Assembly (NCBI GenBank): GCA_964016885.1
Contig: OZ024742.1
Span: forward strand, 246,140,001 to 246,204,000
DNA from: Eledone cirrhosa
Lineage: Eukaryota
Direction of reading: 5' to 3'
DNA length: 64,000 nucleotides
Position numbers and translations under genes: made by a program. Positions 25,095-36,747 of this stretch are shown in pieces. The notes beneath the pieces are model-generated. The model saw nothing but the letters and a program-made list of their open reading frames with translations. It was not told where the DNA came from and searched no databases. Within the stretch, counting starts at the first letter, position 1, and each line of letters starts with the position of its first letter.

Positions 25095-25480
25095 GTTATC
25101 CAATAACCACCATTCTACACACACACCCTTGGTGAAGGGCCAGTGGTACCCAATAACCACCACCCTACACACACAGCCTTGGTAGAGAGCCAGTGTTACC
25201 CAGAAATCAACACCTACAGACACACGCAACCTTGGTGAAACCCAGTAACCATCACCTTACATACACACACACACTTGGTAGAGGGGAAGTAACCCCAAAG
25301 TTACATGCATACAGCCATAGTGAGGGGCCATTGCTACCCAGAAATCACCAGTCTACACACACACAGAGCCTTTGTGAAGGGCCACTGCTACTCAGAAACC
25401 ACCAACCTACACACACACTCTTGGTAGAAGGGCAATGCTACCTAGTAACCATCACACACACACACCCTTAGTAGAGGGAT
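25095..25480. repeat. Degenerate ~50-bp tandem repeat (ttaccc..aaccacc..tacacacac..cttggtaga.ggcca)
   Basis: About 8 diverged units. Confidence 0.65.
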
Positions 25481-25613
25481 CAGTGAGTTCAAAACAGTAA
25501 CAGGAGAGTCATGGTTAGAACACTTTCGTTCATAATTTTCTATCATTATAGTTGAGTTTGAGAGTAAACAACAAAATTAAGCAGAACAGCCACTCCTCTC
25601 TTTCATATCTTAC

Positions 25614-25845
25614 CATTCATCCAGATTTCTTGCTTCTGTTGGAAATTATAAGCAGTTGTCCACAACTTGTCATAAGGCTCTTTTAGCTGGAGCATCAATG
25701 GCAAGCTGGGAAAAATACTCGTTTCGAATTGCAGAAGCTGTTCTTCGGTGTTTATTTCATCTAGTTCCTTCTGTGCTGCTTCCAAGCTTACTTGTAGGGC
25801 ACTGAGGTGCTCAACATTAGTCTTCATTTCTTCAGAACTCATGAG
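25614..25845 (-). CDS. DNAH3: DNAH3-like exon (LMSSEEMK...EINTEEQLLQFETSIFP...EPYDKLW...WMN), start of DHC_N2 region
   Basis: tcttag acceptor, gtaaga donor, 232 nt, phase 0 to 1; INxEExL and PYxxLW dynein motifs. Confidence 0.92.
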
Positions 25846-25999
25846 CTAAGATTTAAAAACAACAACAAATTATTTTAAAGTATTTAAAATATTTTCAGAA
25901 AGAAACAAAGCAAAAAAACACGAAGACACGAAGCTTGCATACACAGTTTTACTTAAGGGATGGATGGGTTACGTCTGTAAGATTGTAATTTGGCATAAG

Positions 26000-26630
26000 A
26001 TAATTGTTTCTACTTTTGACACAATGCCAGCAATTTGATGGGAAGGGGAAAGTCAATTCAATTTAAACCAGTGTATTGCTGGTACTTTATTTTATCGGCC
26101 CTCTTTGGATGAAAGGCAAAGCTAACCTCAGCAGGATTTGAACTCAGAACATAAAGAGATGTAACTATATGCTGCATAGCATGTTATCCGATACGCTACT
26201 GATACTGCCAATCCACCGCTCTGAATTTTGCATGAAATAATGGTTTCTGATTCAGGCACAAGGCCAACAATTTTGGAGAAAAGGAAAGTCGATTAAATCA
26301 ACTCCAATGCATTACTGGTACTTCATTTTATCAATCCCATAAGGATGGAAGGCAAAGCTAACCTCAGTGGGATTTGAACTTAGAACATAAAGGGATGTGA
26401 CTATATGCTCTACCAATCCACACCCAGGAATTTGCATGAAATAATTGTTTCTACTTTTGGCACAAGGCCAGCAATTACCCAGTGTATTACTGGTACTTTA
26501 TTTTATCGACCCCGTAAGGATGAAAGGCAAAGTTAACCTCGGGATTTGAACTCAGTCTGTAAAGGGACGTAACTCTATGCGTCAAAGCATGGCGTCCGAC
26601 CCTCTACCGATACTGCCAATCCACCAATGT
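26000..26630 (-). mobile_element. Three tandem copies of the same SINE, followed by more decayed copies to ~27190
   Basis: Repeated ggatgaaaggcaaag..ggatttgaactcag..ctgccaatccacc blocks. Confidence 0.78.
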
Positions 26631-27585
26631 TTTCATTACATTCACACAAGTCACAAGTCCAAATATTTTTAGAAGAGGTGTGTAGGTGATTTAATAAACC
26701 TGATTATTTGACTGGAGATTATATTATCAATCTCAGAAGGATGATTGGCACAATTACAATGGCGGGATTTGAACTCAGAACACAACAAGAGGTAATTAAG
26801 GAACATAAGGAATTTTGTCTGGCATTCTACTGATTCTGCCATTATTCACTCTAAATTTAGCAACAACAAAAACAATTTTTAGCATTGGAACAAAGCCATA
26901 ACTTTGGAAAAGGGAACATCTGTTTAAATCAACCCGAGTTTTTGACTGGTACTTATTTTATTGACCACAGGAGGACAAAAGACAAACCTAACAATCATAT
27001 TCGAACATAAACACAAAGCCATACATTTTGTGTGAGTGAATGATCTATTATACAAACCTTGGTACTTGACTATTATGTATTTTATAAACTACAGACAAAT
27101 GAACGTAACTTCAACCTCAGAATATAAAGGGCCATGACAGAACACCACAAGGTATTTTTTTCTGCTGACCTACCAATTCTACCATAAAAACAGTTGCCAC
27201 AACAACAACAAAAATAGGGATAATAATTTCTTAGAAAGAAAGCTTTTGGCAAGTTGTGCTAAGTGTCTTTCTCAAAGAAAGACTTAGGGGAACCACACTA
27301 GTTAACTCTTTTCATACCAAACTGCTCTTAGTTCTATGATACAAAACTGTTTCTTTTAAAGTGTTTTATATCTCTCTAAAATCCTTCTATCATAACCTTA
27401 TATAAGAACATTTGATAAATTATTGTTTCAAACATCAACTTAATAATCATAATGTTATTTGACTAAATTGTTGATTATCTTCAACACAGTTTGAAAATCA
27501 TAGACAATGTTGTTTTTTTAAATTAGAAATATAGTAATGAAACAGTTAAAAGACAACTTGCAGTAATGTTTTAATGAGTACTTAC

Positions 27586-27776
27586 CTCTTTCTTCTTGAA
27601 AGACTCAATCTCTTTCATCATAGCATCTAATCTTGACTGAAAATCACTCAGATGGGACTTCAGCAGGGCCTCAATTGTTTCCTTCTTTGCCTGCAGCCGA
27701 CTTTGGGCAGATTCAAAGATCATAACAATGTTGTCAGGCCAGTGGAAGACAGCACTATTCAATTTAATGTCCTCTT
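27586..27776 (-). CDS. DNAH3: DNAH3-like exon (EDIKLNSAVFHWP...ESFKKKE)
   Basis: aatgcag acceptor, gtaagt donor, 191 nt, phase 1 to 0. Confidence 0.9.
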
Positions 27777-29834
27777 CTGCATTAAAAGAAAAATATAGAG
27801 AATTAAAAAGAACTTTGGGACAGAATTTAAATTGAGTGCTCAAGTAGGAAACATATTTTCTAAACAGTTATTATCATCATCCTCATCACAATAATAAATA
27901 TTCTTTCTACATTTGATACAAGACCAGAAATTGAAAGGGAAGGGGAAGAAGTCGATTTTATCAATCCCAGTGCATTACTGGTATTATATTTTATTGACCT
28001 CTTTAAGGATAAAAGGCAAAGTGGGATTGGAACACAGAATGTAAAGAGCTGTAACAATATGTTGCAAAGCATGTTGTTCGATGCTCTACCGATACTGCCA
28101 ATCCACTGCCATTAATGGTAATAATCATCATTTAATGTCTGTTCTCCTTGTTAGCAGCGGTTGGACAGGTCATCACAGACCAGAACAGAACTTAAGCGGA
28201 GTAACTGATCTCTGAAATGGGCCAGGATCTTATCTCACTTACATATGTCCCCACACACTACAGAATGTACTGGGTGCATTTTATCATGGCAGCACCATTA
28301 GGGAAGTTATCAAGTCCTTGAAACAACTGAAGAGTCCGCTATATTTTGTTTAGCAAGTTTTCTATGGCTGGATGCCCTTCTTATCATCAACCACCTTACA
28401 GTGTGTACTGGGTTTATTTTATCGTGTCACCAACATTAGAGAAGTTGTTATGCCCTTAATACACTGAAGAGTACTCAACCCTTTTCGGCATGGTTTCTAC
28501 AGCTGGATGTCTCTCCTGTCACCTACCACCTTACAGGGTGTACTGGGTGCATTTTATCATTGCACCAGCACCAGAGAAATTGTCAGTCATTGACTCAAGA
28601 GAAGAACCCTCTCTGCCCTATGAAGGGGAGTGGGATTGCACAGAGATAGGAAGCATAATAATAAATATGAGGTGGGGTGACACGAGTGTGTTTTTTTTTC
28701 ATGGAACCAGAACTACCAGTTCAGTTACTGCCATATATTCCCACCCAATGAAAGAGAAGCAAATATTCTCTCTACATATTTGGTCAGTGTATAATGTTAC
28801 TATTCAGAGTCAATGCACATGGTCAGTATATCATCAACATGATTTTACATCTACTTTTCATACTGAGATGATGTCCTTCCTAATGACAATCACTTTTCAT
28901 AGCACTAGCACTACAGAGGTTATCTTGTTTTTGAATGTGACTGAAGAGACTGCTACTGAAGAGTCATAGCCTCTATGACTGGATGATCTTCCAAATGCTA
29001 ATCACTTTACAGAGGTGCATATCATCATGACACCAACATTAGTGAGCTTGTTGTCCTTATGTGAATAAGGGCTTCTCTACCCTATGTTGTTATGATTAGC
29101 CATAGAAGATGGCTGATGACAAGGGAGATAATTTAGACACAAGGCAAGTAATATTTTTGGGGGGTGGGGGAGATTATATCGATCCATCAGTACTTGACTG
29201 GGGGTCGATATATCAACTTACTTTTATTAACCCTGGAAGTATGAAAAGCAAATTTGAGCTAGGCAGGATTTGAACTCAGAAAGTAAAGACCAAGAACAAA
29301 TACTGCTAAGCAATTGAATTTAACCACTGAACAAAAGGTAATGGATTAGGACAATTGTTTATGTAACCAATATCTATGTTTACCGTCAATTAGCCAGGGT
29401 GACTTAATCAAATTTCAAAATTTCAACTAAAATTCAAGCAGGAAAAAATAGGCTATTTTTTTTTATTTTCTAGTCATTTATAAAAGATTTGAATCTCCTA
29501 GGTTCAGTAGTTTGTGAAATGCCAGAATAAAAACTGGAGTACTCAAGTTAACAAACAGGACCAAGATAGTAACGCCTAATTATTAGGTGGTTGGACCTGG
29601 GGAAAATAATGGTAAGAGGGTCTAAAAAACACTGTAAATGTAACACCTCTATAAGTGATTCGGTTATCACCAGAAATCTGCTTCTATATAACGTCAATAG
29701 AGTGATTCTACATTCTCCTCTAAAAGTCAGTCAAAGCATCAGTTAGTTGACAATGAAAGCAATATCTAAAGGAATTTATTTACTCTTCTGAATTATTGTG
29801 TTTATATTTTAAAAAGTTACAGAGTTAATGTCTG

Positions 29835-30266
29835 TCCCAATTTTCACCAAGTTCAAATTCAACATAAATGGGGTACTAAAATATTTTCGCTTTGGAGATG
29901 AATATTACACAGATTTTACTTTGGAGGTGAATATTATATGAGTTTCACTTTGGAGGTGGAATATGTTTTTCCTATTTTATTTTATGTTTTGAATGAATAT
30001 GGACTTCAAAACAGTTGGAAATTGGTAAAAAATCATTACGTAATGGAGTTGTGAAACAAAAACTATACTCTAAACGACACTTAAAACTTTTTAAATATCA
30101 AAATATTAAAACTTCATAAATATATTCTCCACACATAAGAATTTCAAAACTGCACCATCTAAAGATGTGTTGATTAGTTGTTTTGGCTTTATACACAGGG
30201 TTTGGATTTTTGTCCATTTCTCAGACATAAAATAGGAGATCAACATATATTTGAGTATATATGGTA
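29835..30266. mobile_element. Second copy of the same MITE with only ~2-3 units of the 29-mer
   Basis: Collinear with 2977-3838; ends TTGAGTATATATGGTA. Confidence 0.68.
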
Positions 30267-30685
30267 AATGGTAGGTTAGTCAGAACATAAAATAGAAACC
30301 CTAGTCCAATGTAGATTTGCTAACACAACACCTACAAAGCATGGAGCTGAGTTTATACAAACAGTGACTTCAATGTCTCTGAGATTTTTACTTTAGGGTT
30401 AAGGTTTAGATTAGTTTTCATGGCACTAAGAATGATTTCTAATTTAGATACAAGACCAGCAATTTGTGGTGAGAGGAGAAAGTCAATTACACCAACTCCA
30501 GTATATATATGGTACTGTATTTTATCAACCCTGGGGCGATGAAAGGCAAGTGACCGAGGTGGGATTTGAATTCAGAATGTAATGCTACAAAGCTTTTTGT
30601 TCAATGATCTACCCATTCTGCTAATCCATCACCCTAATAGAACTAAGAATGACAACAACTATAACAGATGAAACAGATAACTTAC

Positions 30686-30776
30686 TTTGGAAACTGGCAT
30701 AATCCAAGAGGAATGATAGTCTCCCAGCAGCTTCATTAATCTCCAAAGCCAATTTATATATTGTTACATCCATTGA
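30686..30776 (-). CDS. DNAH3: DNAH3-like exon (SMDVTIYKLALEINEAAGRLSFLLDYASFQ), not in ORF track
   Basis: attccag acceptor, gtaagt donor, 91 nt, phase 0 to 1. Confidence 0.88.
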
Positions 30777-30940
30777 CTGGAATTAAAGAAAACATACAAA
30801 CACAACTTGAAAATGAAGTTTTACTGGTTCAAAAATGAAAATTTTATTATATGCTTACATGAACACTATTTAGAAAAAAGTATTAATAGTATAAGTGAAG
30901 GCACATGGCCTAGTGGTAAGGGTGTTGAACTTACAATCAT

Positions 30941-31586
30941 ATAATAATAATGAAATTATTGTGTAAAGTGCTCAGGTGCACTACAACTCGTCAATATAGT
31001 ACATAGAATAATACACAAATGTCAGGGAAGTACATGTTTGTATGTGTTAGCTGTAGTGTTGGCGGATCTCGGGAAGCATGGAGGCCTTAAAGGATGCAGT
31101 GTCTCGACAGCTAACAACTGATGCAGGTAGTTTGTTCCATGCTTCAGCAACTCTGAGCGTGAAAAAATGTTTCCGGAAGTCATGGGAACTGTGCTGTTTT
31201 CTTACTTTGTGGGCATGTCCACGTGTGTTAGACACATGGAAATCGAAAAGGCACTCAGGGTTGTTGTTGGCAACATGGTTAACAATTTTGTGGGTGTTTA
31301 CCAAGTCAGTTGCCAGGCGTCGGAGCTTCAATGAATCCATGCCCAGGGAAGCAAGGTGCTCAGAGTATGGTAGATGCCTGATGGAGGGTATTCGCTTGGT
31401 TGCACGTCTCTGAACAGTTTCCAGGCGGTCAATGTCCTGAGCAAGATAGGGGTTCCAGACTGGTGATGCAAATTCTAAGTGTGGTCGCACCATAGCTGTA
31501 TACAGCCTTAAATAGATATCTGGAGAGCGGCTGACAAAGGTCTTGCTGAGTGATGCTAAGACACCCTCGGCCCTCTTGACAATTAA
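30941..31586 (-). mobile_element. CR1-clade LINE 3' fragment inserted into a tRNA-SINE head
   Basis: LYTAMVRPHLEFASPVWNPY..LETVQRRATK..Y.E.L..L..RR..NTRGH..FF..RV..WN.LP; (ATT)n tail. SINE A box at ~30906 and B box at ~31594 flank it. Confidence 0.88.
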
Positions 31587-33234
31587 AGCCATGGGTTTGA
31601 TTCCAAGACTGGGTCGTGTGTTGTTCTTGAACAAAATATTTCATTTCATGTTGCTCCAGTACACTCAGTTGAAAATGAGGACCAGCAATAGCTAGGGGTT
31701 TAACTCTGTGATGGACTGGTGTCCTGTCAAGGGGAGAGTTTTGTATTCTCAGTCGCTTAATGACACGGAAATCAGGATAAGCACTGGCCTGATGAGCCTC
31801 CAGGTTCGAGAGAGACTTTAGACTTAGAATTATAGTATGAGAAAATTACAAAGTCAGTAGTTCAAAATTTGACACGGCCATTATACTGTACTCTAAGTAG
31901 AACCAAATTACTCTATTTATCTGAGTTTACAATCATTTTTTTTTTTTAAAGGGGTTTTCATTTTACAACAGCATCTCCAGAAAATCTATATATAAATTCT
32001 TAAATTTGGAGAATCAGCCAACTTTGCTGGAATAAACAGAATAGATACAACACAACAAATAAATTTTTTCAACAATTTACAAAGAAAAGTTAGCAGTGAG
32101 AGGTTCAAGTAACAGTTGTAAAGTCAGAAGTTCAAAGATGTTAAATTAATATGTGATGTTCTTAGATGTTCTTATACAATACATACACACTTCTGTGCGA
32201 TTGAGACACGGTCTCTCGAACATTCCCGCATTAAATTGAACAAAACCTTCTAACCCATGCTAGCATGAAGATGGACGTTAAACGATGATGATGATGATTA
32301 CTCTGGTGTTTCAATATGTGAAGTTGAAATCTTTCCTTAACTACTGCCATGTCATGGTTGAAATAGAAAACATTAGCATATATACTGGCATAATTCATAC
32401 CTACTTCCCATGGGTACAAGTCCAAAGCTGAAGCATATAGAAAATATGCCCCCCACCCCCTCCCACTGCAAAGTGGTCATGGAGCTGTCACAACAAAAAA
32501 GCACCCAGTCCACACTGTAAGGTGGTGTGTAGGTGCCACGGTAAAAAAGCACCCAGTACTCACTGTAGATGAGATTGGTCTTAGGAAGGGCATCCAGCTG
32601 TAGAAATCAAGCCAAAATCAGTTCTCGTATGAGCAAGACATGGTCACCCGACCTGGCATTGCCCACAACAGGACAACCCATACTAGCGTGGAAGAATGGA
32701 CGCAAAACAGTGATGATGATGATGATATTATACTTTGGGAGGGTTATGCTGCTAATAAAAACACACGCACGAGGTCAGCTTCACTTGGGTTTATTAATAA
32801 TTCAGTAAGCAATCCATTCATTGGTTAGTTTTATAATCGATTGTTTGTTTAATTGTTAATTGTCAAAGCTCTTTTGCCACACACCCTGTGACCTTTTCAA
32901 TGACTATACAATCCCAATGGTTCTAAATCATTCAATATCATTATAGATATTTTATTAAATAACAGTATGGATTGAGTGGGTCTATAAAAGATTATTTTTT
33001 CCATGCATTGCAATCAATGCTGATAAAATAACCATTTCTGCCATAGTTCTCATAGTTTATCTCTACCACATATACTTTCATTTATCACCTTACACCATCT
33101 TTTCACTTAATATTCCCTCCCTAAGTTTCAATATTATGCATTACACATCCTACACATATCCCATTTAGCTTCTACACTAACTGTCAATGTTTCACTGTCA
33201 AGCATCATTACACACCACATCGAGTTCTCTATAT

Positions 33235-34550
33235 TCACTACAATACATCACATCTTACACACACTACATATAGTCGCCTAGATTTATTACAATACACCAA
33301 CACATCTTACACACTACATATAGTCTCCTAAATTCACCACCATTCACCATCACACACTACATATATTCCCCTACATTTATTACCATACACCATCACACAT
33401 CTTACACTACATATAGTCCCTTAGATTTATTACCATACACCATTACACATCTTATACTACATGTAGTCCCTCAGATTTATTACCATACACCATCACACAT
33501 CTTACACTACATATAGTCCCTTAGATTCACTACCATTCACCATCTTACACTACATATAGTCCCTTAGATTTATTACCATACACCATCACACATTTTACAC
33601 TACATATAGTCCCTTAGATTCATTACCATACACCATCAGACATCTTACATTACATATAGTCCCTTAGATTCATGACCATACACCATCAGACATCTTACAC
33701 TACATATATTCCGCTAAATTCACTACCAATACACCATCACACATCTTACACTACATATAGTCCCCTAAATTCATTACCATACACCATCAGACATTTTACA
33801 CTACATATAGTCCCCTAAATTCACTACCAATACACCATCAGACATCTTACACTACATATAGTCCCCTAAATTCACTACCAATACACCATCAGACATTTTA
33901 TACTACATATAGTCCCCTAAATCCATTACCATACACCATCAGACATCTTACACTTCATATAGGCCCCTAAATTCATTACCATACACCATCAGACATCTTG
34001 CACTACATATAGTCTCCTAAATTCATTACCATACACCATCAGACATTTTACACTACATATAGTCCCATAAATTCACTACCAATACACCATCAGACATCTT
34101 ACACTACATATAGTCCCCTAAATTCATAACCATACACCATCAGACATTTTACACTACACAGTCCCCTAAATTCATTACCATACACCATCAGATATTTTAC
34201 ACTACATATAGTCCCCTAAATTCACTACCAATACACCATCAGACATCTTACACTACATATAGTCCCCTAAATTCATTACCATACACCATCAGACATTTTA
34301 CACTAAATATAGTCCCCTAAATTCATTACCATACACCATCAGACATTTTACACTAAATATAGTCCCCTAAATTCACTACCAATACACCATCAGACATTTT
34401 ACACTATATATAGTCCCCTAAATTCATTACCATACACCATTAAACATTTTACACACGCCACATATATTCCTCAACATTTACTACAGAACATAAATCATCA
34501 CCTATCTTAGACACATCACATGTAGTCCCTTACATTCACTACAACACATC
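33235..34550. repeat. 50/51-bp minisatellite (ATACACCATCAGACATCTTACACTACATATAGTCCCCTAAATTCATTACC), ~25 units
   Basis: Direct inspection; homogeneous centre with decayed edges. Confidence 0.93.
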
Positions 34551-34608
34551 ACATAAATACGAAGTCAATTTCTTAGACTTTCACAACGTGCTAAGAGAAT
34601 AAAGTTAG

Positions 34609-34786
34609 TATAAAGAATGGTGAGTGGGCTCATGCATAGAGATGCTATAAAATAGCTTATAAAATAGGGTGAAGACATTTAAAAACGGAAAAAGAATTTG
34701 CCATTGGTTGCCAATTTCTTTTTCTGTCTTACAGGTCTTCACCCTATTTTATAGCACTTCTGTGCATGAGCACACCATTCTTTATA
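34609..34786. mobile_element. Short foldback MITE 46 nt from an exon donor
   Basis: TATAAAGAATGGTG..GCTCATGCA..TATAAAATAGGGTGAAGAC is inverted to GTCTTCACCCTATTTTATA..TGCATGAGCACACCATTCTTTATA; a solo end occurs at ~53520-53545. Confidence 0.65.
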
Positions 34787-34831
34787 CTAGCATCACATAT
34801 AATTAGTGTATATTCAATAATAAAGATATAC

Positions 34832-34925
34832 CTGCTGAAGGAAAGCTATGGTCTCAACGAGGTCTTTAGTAGTGCTTGGTATGTCGCTGACTTTGTCACT
34901 GATCTTCTCATAGCTGCGGCAAATG
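34832..34925 (-). CDS. DNAH3: DNAH3-like exon (ICRSYEKISDKVSDIPSTTKDLVETIAFLQQ), not in ORF track
   Basis: tttttgtag acceptor, gtatat donor, 94 nt, phase 2 to 0. Confidence 0.88.
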
Positions 34926-34978
34926 CTACAAAAACGAAAAATGACAGTATATATCAACTTACATGTATATGTGTGGAG

Positions 34979-35021
<43 letters not shown>

Positions 35022-35229
35022 AATTATGTCTCATATAAAATAATACAGCTGACTATCCACACAATACAATATAGTTTGCAGCCCAAACTAGAGAGAGAGA
35101 GTTCCAGGAGATCCCACTTTAGGGAGAAAGCAGAAATTGTTTGCTTAAACTTTTATTCTGTGCTAATAATAAATGTTTGATCTATGGGTTTATATATACT
35201 TATATATATATATGTATATATATATATAT

Positions 35230-35690
35230 GGTGGCTGCCAACTCGTTTTCGAGTACGGCCACTACTTTATATCCATGTAGGAGAACCCCTACCGATGCGC
35301 TGAACGAGTGTGACTTTTTAGTCCAGCCAGCGACTTGAAAACTCTGGTACAAACACTACACTTGTGACAATTATTGACACATAGTGCTGGGCCCATGGTA
35401 CCATGTGACGACAAGTGCAGAGAGATCTCCAGATATAAAGCAATGCCTGTGCCGTGAAGCTTTTATAGTGAGCAAAGGCACTGCACAAAGCCAGTCTCAC
35501 TCTCTTAACCAAGATGATATTTACCAAAAAGAAGAACAAGTCAACATCATTGGATACCATCAGTGTTGCAGGTGTTATATCAGAGTTTTCCTTCTCCTAG
35601 AATTCTGCCTTGACAAAGGCTAAGGGGGTCATCTCTCCCGGTGATTTTGGATGGCCATTGACTCTTAAGAGCTCCTTTGCCCTTTGACAA
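35230..35690 (-). mobile_element. Non-autonomous RTE-related short element, copy 1 (5'-truncated)
   Basis: Near-identical to 35769-36228; carries the CTAGGAGAAGGAAAACTCTGA motif I recognise from RTE 5' UTRs; TA flanks. Confidence 0.65.
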
Positions 35691-35768
35691 ATGTATACAT
35701 ATATATATACATACATATATATATACATATATATATACATATATATATACATACATACATATATATAT

Positions 35769-36333
35769 GGTGGCTGCCAACTCGTTTTCGAGTACGGCCA
35801 CTACTTTATATCCATGTAGGAGAACCCCTACTGATGCGCTGAACGAGTGTGACTTTTTAGTCCAGCCAGCGACTTGAAAGCTCTGGTACAAACACTACAC
35901 TTGTGACAATTATTGACACATAGTGCTGGGCCCATGGTACCATGTGACGACAAATGCAGAGAGATCTCCAGATATAAAGCAATGCCTGTGCCGTGAAGCT
36001 TTTATAGTGAGCAAAGGCACTGCACAAAGCCAGTCCCACTCTCTTAACCAAGATGATATTTACCAAAAAGAAGAACAAGTCAACATCATTGGATACCATC
36101 AGGGTTGCAGGTGTTATATCAGAGTTTTCCTTCTCCTAGAATTCTGCCTTGACAAAGGCTAAGGGGTCATCTCTCCCGGTGATTTTGGATGGCCATTGAC
36201 TCTTAAGAGCTCCTTTGCCTTTTGACAGGTTTTGTTTTTAGTCCTGCAGGATGTCCAAAGTCACCCTCCTCACCAAGAAACCTTGGTGGGGTTGCCAGTT
36301 TAGTCGCCAACGACCCGACCATGGGACAGGTTG
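35769..36333 (-). mobile_element. Non-autonomous RTE-related short element, copy 2 (~565 bp)
   Basis: As copy 1 with ~105 bp more at the 5' end; terminal GTGGC..ACTCG-AAAA-CGAGT..GCCAC hairpin followed by (AT)n. Confidence 0.65.
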
Positions 36334-36710
36334 TATACATATATATACATATATATATACATACATATATATATACATATATATATACATATATATATAC
36401 ATACATACATATATATATACATATATATATACATACATATATATATACATATATATATACATACATATATATATACATATATATATACATACATATATAT
36501 ATACATATATATATACATACATATATATATATATATACATATACATACATATATATATATACATACATATATATATATATATACATATACATACATATAT
36601 ATATATACATATATATATATATACATATATATACATACATATATATATATATATACATATACATATACATATATATATATATACATATACATATACATAT
36701 ATATACATAC

Positions 36711-36742
<32 letters not shown>

Positions 36743-36747
36743 ACATA
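36334..36747. repeat. (TA)n/TACA array
   Basis: Direct inspection. Confidence 0.97.

Noticed and set aside
31780-31820. CTGATGAGCC..GGTTCGAGA resembling a hammerhead core
   Set aside because: GAAA is absent and no stem I/III can be formed; it lies in a SINE 3' region.
35141-36162. Duplicated 65-80 aa ORFs suggesting a small tandem gene pair
   Set aside because: No splice signals or recognisable domains; they lie in the duplicated non-autonomous element.
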